A stretch of 54,406 bases of DNA, the filler included, from Basidioascus undulatus (Eukaryota): assembly GCA_000826855.1 (NCBI GenBank). It is 4 parts of 4 records of this genome, joined end to end, with 100 filler letters (N's around TTAATTAATTAA, not from the genome) between each part and the next. Parts side by side here need not be neighbours in the genome. Positions count along the whole stretch, not along the records: positions 1 to 13,533 come from JTLS01000806.1; positions 13,634 to 27,165 come from JTLS01000807.1; 2 more parts are not named here. One strand, 5' to 3'. The translations under genes and the position numbers were made by a program. Positions within the stretch are counted from its first letter, which is position 1, and every line of letters starts with the position of its first letter. This document shows, piece after piece, positions 1-13,683 of the stretch. The notes below the pieces were generated by a model. That model was not told where the DNA came from. It ran no database searches and saw only the letters and a program-made list of their open reading frames with translations.

Positions 1-403
1 TCGGTCCGCGCGCATCGGTCGCGACGGACCTCAACTTCGCGGGCGGGCCGGGAAGCCTCCACCCCGGCATGGGTATGGCTCGGCCAACGTCCACGTTCTC
101 CATCGCCACCACTGCCAACCCCTTCGCGACTTCCGCACCCAACCTCACCTCCGACCCGACCAGCGAGCAGCTCTTGTCCGCTTTGCGACAATACCTCGCG
201 ACGACCAGCTTGATGCAGGTTACCAAGCGGTGCGTACCCAGGCTTCTTTGATGACCCGTACGGGCGAACGCGATGTTCATATCCTTTTAACTTTCAGGAC
301 CGCTCGCGAGGCGGTTGCGGCGAAGTTCCCGAATGCCCAGCTGGACGACAAGAAGGACTTCCTGAACTCTTCCATCGATGCTATTCTTGAGAACCGCCTT
401 TAA
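1..403 (+). CDS. 3' end of a class V/VII-type chitin synthase (DEK C-terminal domain), partial
   Basis: Removing the GT-AG intron 230-297 gives ...DPTSEQLLSALRQYLATTSLMQVTKRTAREAVAAKFPNAQLDDKKDFLNSSIDAILENRL* (TAA 401-403). This is the DEK_C pattern that ends fungal class V/VII chitin synthases. The catalytic part is outside the window. Confidence 0.75.
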   Translation, partial: RSARIGRDGPQLRGRAGKPPPRHGYGSANVHVLHRHHCQPLRDFRTQPHLRPDQRAALVRFATIPRDDQLDAGYQAVRTQASLMTRTGERDVHILLTFRTAREAVAAKFPNAQLDDKKDFLNSSIDAILENRL

Positions 404-1328
404 CCGAACTTCTTCCTAGACTTTCTTCTCTTTCCCTTGCATTGCCATCCTCATATGGACATTTCGCATTGCTGCATCCCTTGGTTTACCCTTATCATAA
501 CGACTTTGTTCTCGGTTTCCTCTCGTTTTGGCGTCATATTTCAGCTGCGTATGCTCCGTTCGTTTCCGCCTCGCTCCTTTTGCGGACACTATTCCTGTCG
601 CTTGCATCTCACTCGCATCCCGCATCTCTCACTTTATCCCCTCGCACAATATGCACGTCCGTTCTGCTCCGTTTCGAACATGGTCACATCGTGCGATGCG
701 TGGTCTGGCAGTGAGAATGCGGCAGCATGCCGGCAAGCCGCTGCTCTGCAAGACATTGTTCCGTCTTTCAGACCATAGTCGACGTTATTGCGCACGCATC
801 CTCGATCAGGACATTAATAGAAGATGGTGGGACAGTGGCCACCTGCAGATCCAGATGAGAGTGGCCGCGCCCCTGCTCGCTTTCCTTGTAACGTAGTCCA
901 GTAGGATTCAATCGTACATAACTTTCTCAGGCCTTTATCAAATTTCGTCAAAGTTTCGAGAACTGCAGGCCAGTTGCACCCATCTGAAGGCGGCAGTCTG
1001 CGACTAAGGAGTGAGCAATTATGCTCCCCTCAACGACCTGATTCTACTTCAAACCATGCAGAATTTAATACGCACATGCATCTGTCATACATGCTTGCAT
1101 TCATTTTAGGGGAACTATCTGTTGGTCTGGGCACCGTTTTTTTACGGTTCTACTGAAGATTATGCCCCGAAGCGGGACTCACGCACCGCAGCATTCACGC
1201 CGAGCGTCCGTGGACATACTGCAGCTGCAAGCTGCACGCTCGACTGTTATCACGTTAATCTTCGTAGCCTCTGAAAGACAGACGGAAGCATTCCTGACAA
1301 GTTCCAGAAACAACCAGACACCATACGT

Positions 1329-2068
1329 TCAGGTCAACAATACACTCAGGTCAACAATCCTTGCATGTCCACAACGACTCCAAAGTTCCGAAGCTCCACA
1401 TGCACATGCATCCCCTACTGCAGGATCCCGATGGTTTTGCGGACAACTGGGGCGCCCTGTACGCATTGCAATTGAGTCAACTGAGTCCAGGGAAAGACGG
1501 AGCAAGAGCTCAGGACGCACCAGAGCAGATAGGTAGACCGCCACGAGCGCGCCCACCGCTGCACAGGAGATACCGGTGTCCCGCCACTCGATGTCTTTCT
1601 CGGGATGCTTGCGGGTGACCGAATAGATGATCCCCGAGAAGGCGCCGATGAAGGCGATGCCTTTGAACAGCTTTCAGCTTTAGGAGGGAACTCGACCCAT
1701 CTTGGAGCCAGACAACTGACCTAGGACACGTAGAAGCCAGGTCTCCCGCTCAGTGAAGTTCGGCGACCGCCGAGGCTCTTTCTTTAACATCCCCTTCTCA
1801 TGGAGACGCTTGAGCAGTCTCTCGAGCTGAGGGCCCGTCAGCTCAATGACCTGCTGCTGCTGGGCGAGTCCCGAGGGCGTCTGCGCGAACATTGCAAGGG
1901 TTTGCCATGGCACCAATCTAACAGAGTGCATGAGCCCATCAGATTCCATTCCCACGCAACCAAGAGTGTATATAATTCGCTCGACGCGACGTCCCCCAAA
2001 TTCGGAGTGGGTACCGCCATGTCCTCCACCGTAGCGCGGATCGTCGCGAGCTCCGTACCGGGCGTCAT
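1329..2068 (-). CDS. Hypothetical spliced membrane protein; boundaries uncertain
   Basis: Successive minus-strand segments (MTPGTELATIRATVEDM..., LVPWQTLAMFAQ...ETWLL, LFKGIAFIGAFSGIIYSVT...CAAVGALVAVYLSAL) are separated by intron-sized gaps. Two hydrophobic stretches; no family recognised. Confidence 0.3.
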
Positions 2069-2676
2069 GACTCGAGAGGCTCGGGAATTGGAAAGAAATA
2101 GGGGATATAAGGTAATGAGAAATGAGCTTGTATTGTGAGCTGAAAGAGGCATAAAATCAAGAGCGTATAGTTGACACAAGAGGTGGTCGTTCCTCGTTCA
2201 CAACCGAGACAGGAAGCCGGCACATACGTGTTTTAGGAAGGTCGACGATGCCCAGTCCAACATTATACCATAGCAAGTATGAAGAATTCTCAGGTACAGC
2301 TATCTAATACCTACTGAGAATTGCAGGATCTTTGTAACCGGTCGATGGTGGCCATCTGTGATGGCGTGGAGTGACAACCATGCGCCGGTCGACGGCCTCT
2401 TGCTTAAATGATCTGTGCTACTGTTGAGCTTGTGCGTTGATCTTTTCGCGGAAAAACTGTGCCGGACCCATATTAATGCTGGTCGCAGCATCACTCTCAG
2501 AATTTAGCAATTGCAGGCTGCGGAGCGCTACCTGCACCACTACCTACATCTTGTTCAGCATTGAAATCCTTACTTATCCCCTCTGACGAGGGACGACAGC
2601 CTTGAACCCGCACAAGCCTGATTTAAACTTTCATGATACATTGATGCGTCGCTAATCAGATCATAGTTGCAGTGAG

Positions 2677-4141
2677 CTACGCCCGCACCTCCGCCACAAC
2701 AAGCTTATGGTCGCTGAACCTGTAAGGCCACGACCCAGCAGCATAGTTCTCAAAGACAGCAAACCGCTCCACGCGCCAGCCAGAGCCCTCCTCGCCTGGG
2801 GACAGCGCGGCATTGCTGCCGAGAGCAACGACGTCGATGCGGCTCGATTCGCTCGTCTCGCTGAATCCGCTGAACGTGTCGTGCGTACCTTGACGGACGG
2901 CTTGTCGCGAGTCGGAGGAGAGCGGTACGTCGGAGCGAAGATGTACCGCGTAGTAGGAGTCGAGGAAGGACAGCGTGAGCTCGGCGTCGCTGCTCGTCGT
3001 GTTCGCTGCGGCAGTCCCGTTGTAGCGATAGTCGGTCAGGACCTGATAACCTGCTTCGGTCTCAGGAGAATCTGCAAGCCCATAAGTATTCATTCGGGAC
3101 TGCATTAGGGCAGAGGATTGAGCCGTGAACATACTGATGTCCGCCATGAACACGATCAGCGCCTTTCCAGGCTGTTGCACACCCAGCTGCTTCTCGGTCG
3201 CCTGTACGCGTGCTGCGACTTCCCGCCGAATGACCAGCGCCGACTCGGCGCGCGCCTTCTCACTCTTATGGTCCCAGTGAGAGGCCACGAAGTGGTGGTA
3301 TTCGCTCCGTGTGTCGGACGCCTTGATGTCGCGGTCTCGCAGCGTGACAAGAGTCGCAATCCGGGTGAGGTCCTGAAAGCACTTCAGTGAGTTTCATACC
3401 CAAGAACGAGGGGATACAAAGTAGCGGCTACTTACGGCTCCCCAGCCCACCGATCCCGGAACGTCTGGCGTTGGCGATAGCCAGAACGTCTGCTTGCTGA
3501 CAAGCTCGAAACGGTCCCTTCGAGCCGCGAGCATTGGCGACCAGGCCAAATGTCAGCGAGCTTTTTCAAGGGGAAAGTAATAATAATCCAGACGCACTTG
3601 CGATAGAAAACCGGAGAGAACTCGCCGCCAACGACGCCATCGTCTCGCCCGACACCATACCACTCCCAGCCTTCGCCGAGAAGCGTGGCAATGTCCTGAA
3701 GCTGTTGCGGGTGCGAAGGATCAGTTAGTTGATGTCAAAGGGTCGTTCGAGTCGCAAATACCTGGTTGTAGAGGGCTTCCTGCATTTCAAATAGGCGTCA
3801 GATTACTGTCGGGAAGAAAGACTGAAAGTGGTTCTGTACTCGCCTGAAGTCCAAAGACGTCGAGGTTCGCGGAGATGAGCTGGCTGACGAGGCGGTAGCG
3901 ACGCTCGCTCCAAGGCTGCTCGCCGTATTGCAGCGGAGTGGAAGGCGGCCAGGAGGCGTTGGCTCTCAGCTGAGGGTCATCGGTGCCGGGCGGAGCGAGA
4001 GGCACGGGCGCGTCCGCCAGGCCGTCGTAGCGACTGAAGGATGAACCGGTGAAACATAGTCCGAAGGGCAAATGGCTGCCTCGGCCGCACGCACATGTTG
4101 AAAGACCCCACTCGGAGACTGTTGATGGTCTTGGAGGACAT
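2677..4141 (-). CDS. Endonuclease/exonuclease/phosphatase (EEP) family protein
   Basis: The spliced product contains VGSFNIRYD, PWSERR, DVFGLQEALYNQ, YGVGRDDG..GEFSPVFYRK, TFWLSPTPDVPGSVGW, ASHWDH, MADIN, RIDVV and SDHKLV. Six introns, one GC-AG (3780-3843). Confidence 0.88.
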
Positions 4142-4769
4142 CGTATTGGCGCGAGGCTGAAGTCGAAGAGACGAGGTGGTGATGGCTAAGGCCAAGAGGC
4201 TCACGGCGACGGAACGGGTCACAAAACCCGGCGTCTGAAAGGAAGCTGCGGGCAAGTGAGGGTGTTTGTACCAGTCTTTGGTCTCTTTATGCTGTCCTGA
4301 CAAGACTACTGCTGCATCTCCATGCTGTCGACGATACTCGTCGTCCCGCTTTGTCGTCCACTTTCATTTCCGAATCATGGCACGTGCCAGCCCAATATAT
4401 GCATCTCATTCTGAGCGATGCTTGGCAGCCCGTCTGACTGTAGAGTTGTTAATGCGTATCCTATGATCTTCATGACGAGCACGTTCAAGACGATGCAAGC
4501 ACATTGCTGCGTTGAACATGAAATGCGGAAGTGAGCGATGTGCACACGGCGCAACGGATCCAAGAGCTAGCACATCAACACCTCCCCGACGGAAAGGAAG
4601 CTGTAGTCGGTACGCATGGGATCTAGTTAGTAGTCTTATTAAACGTCACGGGCAGCCAAGATTATGTAGTGGACCGACGACTCAACAGGACAGGTACGTC
4701 CACTGGACATCTCCTCCGGCCCTCACTCAGCGCACGCTGCGCTCATCCCGCCATCAATGCAGTGATATA

Positions 4770-6443
4770 TCATACCCCCCTCGCAGCCCGCCCCGTAACC
4801 GCCTCCCACGTCGCCTCCCCCAGCTCCACGCCCCCCGCATGGTCAAAAAACCACACGCCGGGGAGCTTCAACGCGTGCCCATCAAGCTCGTCGTATCTTG
4901 CCTCGCCCTCCTCGATGCTCAGCGGCTCGCCCGCGTCGTCCAAGCCCGCCCTGTTCGCGAGCCACACACGCGGAGCGACGCCCCCGAGGGGGAAGATCGC
5001 CGCGACGGCAACGATGTATGGGCAGACGCGGAAGATGAGGGACGCGATGGAGGATAGGAGCTGCGAGTCTCGGGGCGTGTCGATGTACGAGAGTGAGACT
5101 ATGCCGAGCGTTGGGATGCTGTGCAGCGCGAGAGCGAACCGGATCTACCGCCCAGGATAGATTGAATCAGGATGCCGGTTGCATGTGAAGAGAGCCCACG
5201 CACCTGCTTTCGCAGCAGCTCCTCCACAGATTCCTGCTCCTCCGGCGCTGCCCCCGCGCCCTCCTCAGGCGCAGGCGGCTGCAAGTCGTGCGGATTGCCG
5301 ATGGCGATGCGCTCGAGGTTCGGCAGGTTCTCGTGCAGCGCGGAGATGAAGTCCTCGCTGTCGCCGTGGAAGAAGAAGGGGTTCGCGTAGCTCTCGATCG
5401 GGCGGGCGGACAGCAGCGTGAGGAGCGCGATCGCTTCGTCCAGGGGCTGGCCCCCGTGAGGGGGGATGATGTTGACGCGGGAGAGGGAGGGCGCGATGGA
5501 GGGCTCGCCGAGGAGCTCGGCGAAGTCGTCGGCTGAGGAGATCGTCCTCGGCCGTGAGCAGGAAAACGGAGAGATTACGGTAAACAGACTCACGCTGTCC
5601 ACTGAAAAACTCCAGCTCCGGCAGGGCGCGCTCCTGCAGCCCTTCCAGCGCCGTGCTCTGCTCCACATCATACTGCGGCACCTCGAGCGTCCTAATCCCC
5701 AGCGAACCATTCAAGCACGTCGCGAGCGTCTCAGGCCCCAGCACGTCCACCGCAACCTTGAGCCGCCTGAGCTGCGGCCCGAATGCAGGCAGGACGATGT
5801 CGCTCGAGAGGGGATCGGTGGACGTGATTCGCAGGTCCTCGAGGAGCGGCAGGGCAGGGAGCGAGTCGAGGAGCTGCTGGAGCGCGCGGAGGTCGTGCAC
5901 CGGCCAGTGCGCCAGTCGATGGAGGGTGAGCACGACCGCGCGCAAGCCCGTGAGCTGGTGGATCGCGGGAACGTGCTCGGCGGGATGGGCGACCTCCTCC
6001 TCCGGCGCTTGCAGCGCCTTGAGCGGGCCGATCGTTGAGTCCTCCGTCACTTCTTCCGGCGCAACTTGTTCCCTCCCGCTCGTCTCTGCCGGGCCTACCC
6101 GCAGGAGGAGCGTACGCACGCTGCCTCCCATGCCCGGCTCCTCGTCAATGAACTCTTTGAAGAGCCCTGCCGAGCGCCCTGCGAGCCCGGGGAGGACGAG
6201 TGCGACGCGGTGCATGAGAAAGGGACGGCAGACAATGTGGAGGACGCGGCAGATGCAGGAGAAGCTGTAGAGGTCGTTGGGGGTCGGCTGGAGGAGGGTG
6301 CAGATGTGGTTGAGGATGTCGACGGGCAGGCACGTGAGCGTCGGCGGGCCTGAGGAAGGATTGGGCATCGCGGGGGGCATCGGCGCGGGGATGCGATGCA
6401 TGAAGGTTTGGGCAGAGGAGCCTAGGTCGTGAAATGTAGACAT
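4770..6443 (-). CDS. F-box domain protein with LRR-like C-terminal region
   Basis: F-box motif LTCLPVDILNHICTLL...LYSFSCICRVLHIVCRPFL, followed by LxxLxL repeats. Two GT-AG introns (near 5.55 and 5.17 kb) join the ORFs to the stop at 4770. An alternative in-frame ATG lies at 6620. Confidence 0.75.
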
Positions 6444-9400
6444 CGCTGAAGAACTCGTTAGACGAGAGAAGGCAAGCGGCGGAACAGTGGGAAGCGAGGG
6501 AAGCGAGAACGCAGCGTGGGAATCGAAGACGCAGCCTAGAGCTTTCTTGCTCTTCCGGACTGTTTTCACGACCGACAATGGTGGGGCTGCAGCCGACTTT
6601 GAAGACTTTAGAAAGGCCATAAGCAAAATATTAAGGAGCTTGTGTACGACACACAACCAGTAGACCTACCCGCTGAGAGCCACCCAAAATTCCGGTACAA
6701 CGCACACGCGTCGACGCAGCCCTGTCCGGCAGCGGAGTCCAAACGCACCTGTCAGGTTTGAAAAGGGACATCCTTGCCGTATCGAGTGCTCAGGAATGCC
6801 GCCACTGACGAGGCCATTATCGCGGCCTCTTGCGTGCCGGGTGGTTACGGTCAGGTCGGCAGCCTGCTTGCAACGCAGTCTCGGTTTCATACAAAGACAC
6901 AGCTTGACCATTTCTCTCTGCATCCTTCTGGCCCTGTTATAGAAATCAAGCCCACCCGATCTCATGGGAAATGCTCAACATTGAGAGCCTTGCTCATTGC
7001 TATCATCCCCAACCTCCAAAAGCGCCCATCGGTGTCGCCTGCACCGCGGCACCCTACGCACCACCACCGCAATGCCTGCCGCTTTTTCTGGTTCGCCCTG
7101 GGTGCCGGAATGACCGCATGGGTCTTACACTCACTCGAAACCAACAATACGGGGCTCATCGATTGTCAGGCTGGTGTGGAAACTGGCCTGAGGGGCGGTG
7201 GGATGCTGTGGAGCAGGAGGTTTGGAGGAGGAGAGGCGAGTGGATGAAAGCAAGTGGGAGATCAGGTGAGGAGAGAATCGACTGAAACATGTATTGCTGG
7301 GTCGAGGCTGCAGTGTTCCCCAGGGAAAGAACATGTGCTGAAAAATGGAATGTGGTTGCTGAACTGAACTGGCTGCAAGGCGAAGCGGTTAACATGTGTA
7401 AACTGCACACATTGTCTGGGTATTTTTTTAGCCTGTGTTCAAGGTAAATCCGACCGTTACTTTCAACCGTGGACAAGGAAAAGAAGACGACTGAAGCCTC
7501 CATACTATCACAAGCTTGCATCAAAGACCCACAATGTCACCTGTTCAACCCTTCAACCCCTTTATTCGGTAATCCCACCTTTCTTCCCTATTGGTGGATG
7601 TAACAGACCACTGCCGCGAGGCCTTCCAGCCCAGCAGTGTGGGAGCTGCAGGAATGAGGCAGTGCCTGATGTGCCAGGTGGCTCTTCTCGATGCATTTCA
7701 GAGAGGAAGAGTGTGAGCACTGCAGTGGTCTTTGATGATATGTCAAACTATATCTAATTTAGTATAACCGAGAAGGCTTTTGAGGTCTCATTGACTGAAA
7801 GATTGAATTCTGTATAGGCGCGCGGGAAGGGGGAGCTCGTGGTGAAAGCATACAACTGAGCACCCGTCGCGATAAAAGCGAGAAAGTAGAATATCCTTAT
7901 CTGGCCGGGATGACCCTTAAGATGGCCCGAGGTCTCCATAGGCAGATAAATCATCCGATAACCATATCATCAATAGAGCTTGGTTGAATGAAACCGCAGA
8001 CTGGATAGGCGAGCGGTTCAAAGGTGACTCGAGTCAATCAGCTCTGACACCACACCGAAAAATGGGAAGTAGAAAGGAGGTTACTCAGCCGATAGGGACC
8101 AATACGGCGAGGGTTTGGGAGCGCTTTCCAGGCTGCGCCGTATCGAGATGTGATTATGCTGCGTACAACCGCCAGTTGCGTTCAGCTGTTCCAATGTTGC
8201 TAGCTGGAGATCGAGAAGATCATGTCCAAGATCATCAATGCCTTTGTGGAGTCTTGGTTGTTTGGTGTCACGATCGCCTACCCAAAGTTGGGATAATTAG
8301 CGAGCAAGCGCACCCAGAACAGAGGGGGTTCGAGCAGTCGCTCTGACAGCGCGGATCATCAGAGGCTCCCTGAGCATGCAACACAACACCCGCTCCAGCT
8401 GACCGCGACTACAAATCAACCACGGCAGCTGTGTAAGGGAGCGAGCGCCTACCCATGTTCCCCCTGCCCTGATGGGGAGACAGGAGTCAGACGGGATTGC
8501 TGTGCCGTCTGCGCTCCTACTCGCGTGCCAGTAGCCGTCTCTAATCGCCTCTCTTCCAGAGCGCGCTGCTAGTATGGGATTGAAGACTTTCACTTTCAAA
8601 TTGAGGGCAGACGAGGGCAGATGATGGTGGTAGAGAACGAAGCTGTGCGCAAGCGGTGGGCAGGGGCAGCTGTCGAGGGGGACCGTGTGACCCGCGTTTC
8701 AGCGTTCGAAAAAGCTTCCGCTGGCCCTCCTCGGTGACCCTTTAACCAAGATGAAACAACATATTGATCAGTTAATTTTTACGGTGTTAGAAAGGGTATG
8801 AAGACTTTTATTCTCTCCAGGTGGCGAAACAAAGCACCGAATCGGGTAGATAGACCGTCTTGAACTTGCTAAGCTGCCTGAGCACCGCCATCCTAAAGAG
8901 GTTGTTGAAACTTATATGCATTCTTTATGCTGTAAAGCGGAGGCCCTATGCGCTCGCTCGGTTAACGGATAATGCACATGTAATAGTTTTCGACACTCGA
9001 AGTGCACGGGGGTTCGAGGCGTAACGCACTTGAAAATGTGTTTCAGGCTTGACCATAATGTGGGGGCTTTCGCCTGGGAAGAAATTTCGGACAACTTGTC
9101 CGCGTTCATAGTTCTCCTCATGCTCGAGCTGCAGATCAGGTCATCGGCAAGACGTTCGAAACAACTCCCTCACACTGCACAACAATAGGTAGGACCATAC
9201 TTCCCTGGTTGTACGGCCTGCAGTCGCTGTGAAGATATCTAGCTCAGTTATAGACACTGTTTTGTGAGCGGGGTCTTAATAACATGTAGTTTTGGGGACA
9301 AAGTCCTTCGGGCCTGGTGAGTATCACTACTGTCATCTCCGCTCGCATCCATGTCACGATCAAACTTCCACAGCAACAACGTATACAGGGTAACTGGTTC

Positions 9401-10336
9401 AGCCGGCAGCTGCACCCGGAGATGAAGGAGTGGCGGGCTTTCGCTCAGGAGAACGTTGAGTGCCTATTTGCGAGGACAGACGCTTCGTGATCCGTCGGAG
9501 TGTACTATTCCATGGATTCATTGGATGTATAGCGCCGACCTCTGCCAGGCGTTATGTTCGGTGACAGTTACGACCGTCAAAGCATCTCATCGGCGGTGTC
9601 TTCCCCGGGGAAGACACCGCCGAGATATGTGAGTGCTAGGAATGGCGGAAGTTCTGATGGACCTTGCTATGATAAAACACTTAAAAATTATGGATTTTTA
9701 TCTATTAATCCAACCTATATGTCAGGGAGAACATACAATGGACGCGTTCTGTCGTACGGTGTACAGGAGGCACAGTAAAAGGTGCAGTCGCATGTCGTCG
9801 TCCTCTCGTTCTTTCCTGGTTTCCCTCTGGTCGGACCTTCCTTATTAAGCCTCTTACAGTAGGTGGCATAATTAGAGGATTGCATAATTCACCAATCATG
9901 TCGGCCCAACGCAGCATGACGAAAACAGTGTCAAGCGAAATTCTTTGAGCGTAGAATGTCGTCTCAAGCGCGGGACAGGCTGTTGGCCCGTGACGCCCGT
10001 CAAGCGAGTCTCGGGCCCTGAGTTGATCGACCGAACACTCTCCCTCAGGTCTCGCAACTTGCCCCTTCACCACCGTCGTCTTCTCCATCGAGCTCGCCGT
10101 TTCTTCTACCCGACGCGTCGCCGGCGCGCTCTTTCTCATATTCCGCTGATTGAGCGCTTTGTGTCCTTTTGTCCCATAAGACTGTTGATATTCCCTAGCG
10201 TCTCACCATCAGCTGCGGCCCCCGCATCCTCAAATACCGCCCACCCTCTCTGCGCCTTCCGGCGACCCCTCCTCGCCCTCTCCATTTCCATCCAAAGCGC
10301 AACGCTTCCAAAACTACCACCATCACCTCTGCCATC

Positions 10337-12398
10337 ATGTCGCCCAATCCAGCCTCCGAGCCCGTCCCTCCAACACCTCCCACGCCCCTCGGCGTCCTCA
10401 CACCCACCGCATCGTCCACTTCTGCCCTCTCCTCCCTCGACAGCGAGTTCACAGCCGACGACGAGCACGCTGTCATGACCGACGAGTACACGGACGGCGA
10501 CGAGGATGAGACGTCCGCGCTTGTCGTCCCCATCCGCGGCCAGGACAGTCTGGACGAGGCGGATAGGGACGAGGTGCTCGGCACGCCCATGTTCAGGGAC
10601 GAGTTCCCGGACGAGGAGGAAGGGGGCACGGGCAGGGGAAGGAGGAGGAAAAGGAGACGCGATCCTTCGCTCAGGCAGGGGCTGCTTTCCGTCCCGCTCG
10701 CAGCAGCGAACGTAGCAAACTCGACCCTTGGTTTGGGTTTCCTGTGCGTCCACCTTTTATCCGTACATTATACGCTCTGCGAACTTATAATCTCCTACCC
10801 AGCGCCCTCCCTCACGCTCTCTCCCTCACGGGTCTCCCGCTCGGCATCGTCCTCATCTCCCTCACCGCGCTCCTCTCTGCCGGCGCGCATATCGTCCTCG
10901 TCAACACAGGCCGATATCTTGGCGTCCGCAAGTATGAGGATGTCGGGGGCGGCGCGCTCGCTGTCGGCGCGCGCGGCAAGGGCCTGACCAAGGCCGTCCT
11001 GCGCGTCATGATCGCGTTGAGCGGGTTGGCATTAATGGTTTCTTATCTACTTGGTTTGTTTCTTTCCGCTGTAACAACTCACAGCCATCACAGCCGCTCA
11101 TGAACTCTTGCATCAGAAATCTCCAACCTCCTTCACCCCGTCCTCTCGCACTACTCGCCCTCGCTGCCAACCCTCCACTCGCGTGCCTTCCTCACTCTCG
11201 TCCCCGCGCTGCTCATCATCCCATTCCTCTACCCACGCTCCTTCTCCTCGCGCCTCATCTCGCGCCTCTCTGTCGTCGCGCTCCTCACATACCCTGTCCT
11301 GCTCGGGCTCGTTGCCGCGCGTAGCACGCAGTACGGCGCCGGCGCTGCGTCTGTGTCTGCGTCTACGTCCGCGCTTTGGAGGCGCGCTGCGGGGGTGGAA
11401 GTGCTTAAGAAGCATGCCGAGACGAAGCGGGGCGTCTGGGGAGGAATCTGTGAGCGAGCTTCTGCCTTCTCATCCAATTGCTGCGTTACTGAGGAAAAGC
11501 AATGCTGATACGACTCGACGCTTCCAGCCCTCATGGCCTTCGCCTTCGCCTCCCAACAAACGACCTTTCCGCACCACCGCAGTCTGCGCAAGTCATCCCA
11601 GCGGACGTTCAACCTAACAGTCCTCATCGCGCTTTCTCTCACCTTCGCGCTCTCCCTCCCCTTCGCCATCGTCCCCTACCTCTCCCTCCATCCGCACCCA
11701 CTCCCGCAAGACATCTTCGCGCGCCTGCCCCTCCCGGGGACGGACGCAGGCGTCGACGCCGCGCACGTCCTCGCGGCCTTCGGGCTTTGGGCGGGCCTGC
11801 CCTTCGTCCTCGCCCCTGCGAGGGAGGCCGTGCTGCGCATGGGAAGGTGGGAGACCGAGCACGAGGAGGCCGGCACGGGCGCGCGCGTCGCTGTTTCGGC
11901 GGCGATGTGGCTCGTCGCCGTCCCGAGCGCTGTGCTGGGCGGCGTGCGCGCGAAGGACGTCTGGCAGAAGGTCGCGATGCTGCTGGGTCTGGCGTTGGGG
12001 TACCTGCTTCCCGGTGCGTAGCGTTGCCGTCTTTGTGCATAAGCGTCGCTCGGTGCTGACTTGACTTTGCGGCTTGCAGCGCTCTTCTTCATCATCCTCC
12101 ACCACGTCCGCCGTCCGCGCGCAATTGTCATCTCCGCCTCTGATGGGCTCGCCTCGGCCGACGCGCTCCTCGCGCACAAGGAGCGGCAGCTCCAGCGCCG
12201 CCGCACAGGCCGTCGGTTGTGGTTCGTCTCAACAATCTCCCTCCCCCCATCCCCTCTCTTCCCAGGTTAACAGAGATGCTAATGCCTGGTCGGGACCGGA
12301 CACGCAGGCAGGACCTCTTCATCTTCACGCTCATGCTCCCCGTCGGGCTCGTCACCGTCGTATGGCAGGTGTACGCGCTCTTCCGGCACGGGCGGTAG
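10337..12398 (+). CDS. Transmembrane amino-acid transporter (Aa_trans/AVT-like family)
   Basis: Acidic N-terminal tail, ANVANSTLGLGFLALPHAL..TGLPLG, YEDV, MAFAFASQ, multiple TM helices and LGYLLPALFFI. Five GT-AG introns splice in frame to TAG 12396-12398. Confidence 0.85.
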
Positions 12399-12709
12399 GG
12401 CTGGCTTCTTCGCTGGGTTTCTTGATTCTCTTCGCATTCCCGCATCATTTGGACTTTTTTTCTGACTGTATCGAACACTTTTCGCGGCTCGCTAAACTTA
12501 TTGTTCTGCGCTTCGATATTGAAGCTGTGCTGCTTGCTTGATTGCATGTCAATGAAGAAGCTCACGCAAGCACGAGCATGACTGGGCAAGTACATGTCCT
12601 CCTTGAGCATCACAGCCAGTGTGCGAGATGTCGATGCAGACATGGCCAGGTATGCACCCCAAATGCACAACGACAGCCAAGCACTTGCATGTTTCCCTCC
12701 GGTGCCCAT

Positions 12710-13477
12710 CTATTCCTCCTCATCCTCATCCTCGTCTTCCCATCGATCCCCAAGCTCGTCCGCCGCCAGCAGCCCATAGCAGTCCGTCAGATCAAGCCTC
12801 TTGAGCCTGGGGTACACTTTTGCCCTGTCTTCCTCCTTCCCCTCCTCGCGTCCCACCTCCCCCAGCGCGATCTCCTCGCCCTCCTTGGACTCAAGGACAA
12901 TCTTCCCGCCGACGTTCTCTGGGCTCCCCTCCAGCGCGCGCGCCATCAGCGGGACGCACGCGTCGCTCACGTCCTCGCACCCGGCGAGGCAGAGCTCCTC
13001 CAGCCCCGCCAGACACGGCGTGCACAGCAGCGCCGTCACGCCCGAGTCGTTGACGCTCGTGTGCCCCAGGTCCAGCACGCGGAGGGTAGAAACCGACCCG
13101 TCGAGAGGGAAGTTGTTCGGCGTCGACGTCATCTTGAGGTCTTCGGGCGAGAGGAATGAGAACTGGAAGAGCACGTCGAACGTGTTGGAGGTGATGTTGT
13201 TTGTGGAGACGATGAGCGTGTGGAGGGTCCGCGGGAGGGGCGTGTGCAGAAAGACGATCGCCATGTGCGTGTCGGTTATGGAGCAGAACTGCCGTATGCC
13301 GCATTCCAGCGCGGGGTAAGGAAGATGTTAGCTTTCAGGGCATGGGGAGAGACGGGGCGGATGCACGCACGTCGAGGTTCAGGTACGTGAGCGCTGAGCA
13401 GCGCTTCACAAACGCCATCACGTCGATAGCCCTCTGGTCCCACCGATGTGGTACAGCCGAAAAATCCAATTGCCTCA
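12710..13477 (-). CDS. LRR (RNI-like/FBXL-type) protein, 3' part only
   Basis: LTYLNLDFC, LRVLDLGHTSVNDSGV, LEELCLAGCEDVSDA, LKRLDLTDC and an acidic tail. The 5' exons are lost at the contig end (13533). Confidence 0.75.
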
Positions 13478-13533
13478 CTGTTGCCCATCCCACCACCATC
13501 TCATCTCATCAGCTTCTCCCTCCCCTCCCGCCC

Positions 13534-13633
13534 NNNNNNNNNNNNNNNNNNNNNNNNNNNNNNNNNNNNNNNNNNNNTTAATTAATTAANNNNNNNNNNN
13601 NNNNNNNNNNNNNNNNNNNNNNNNNNNNNNNNN
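13534..13633. other. Artificial contig spacer
   Basis: 44 N + TTAATTAATTAA (stops in all six frames) + 44 N. Confidence 0.98.
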
Positions 13634-13683
13634 CGAGTAAGATTCCTCCGTCTTGCCCTCCCCCCCCACCTCCCCTCCCGCCC

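Noticed and set aside
7750..10000. Short ORFs and intron-like signals in the long intergenic stretch
   Set aside because: No coherent gene model or recognisable domain could be assembled.
13578..13589. TTAATTAATTAA palindrome occurring three times, and ORFs containing X residues
   Set aside because: Assembly linker flanked by N runs; not biological.
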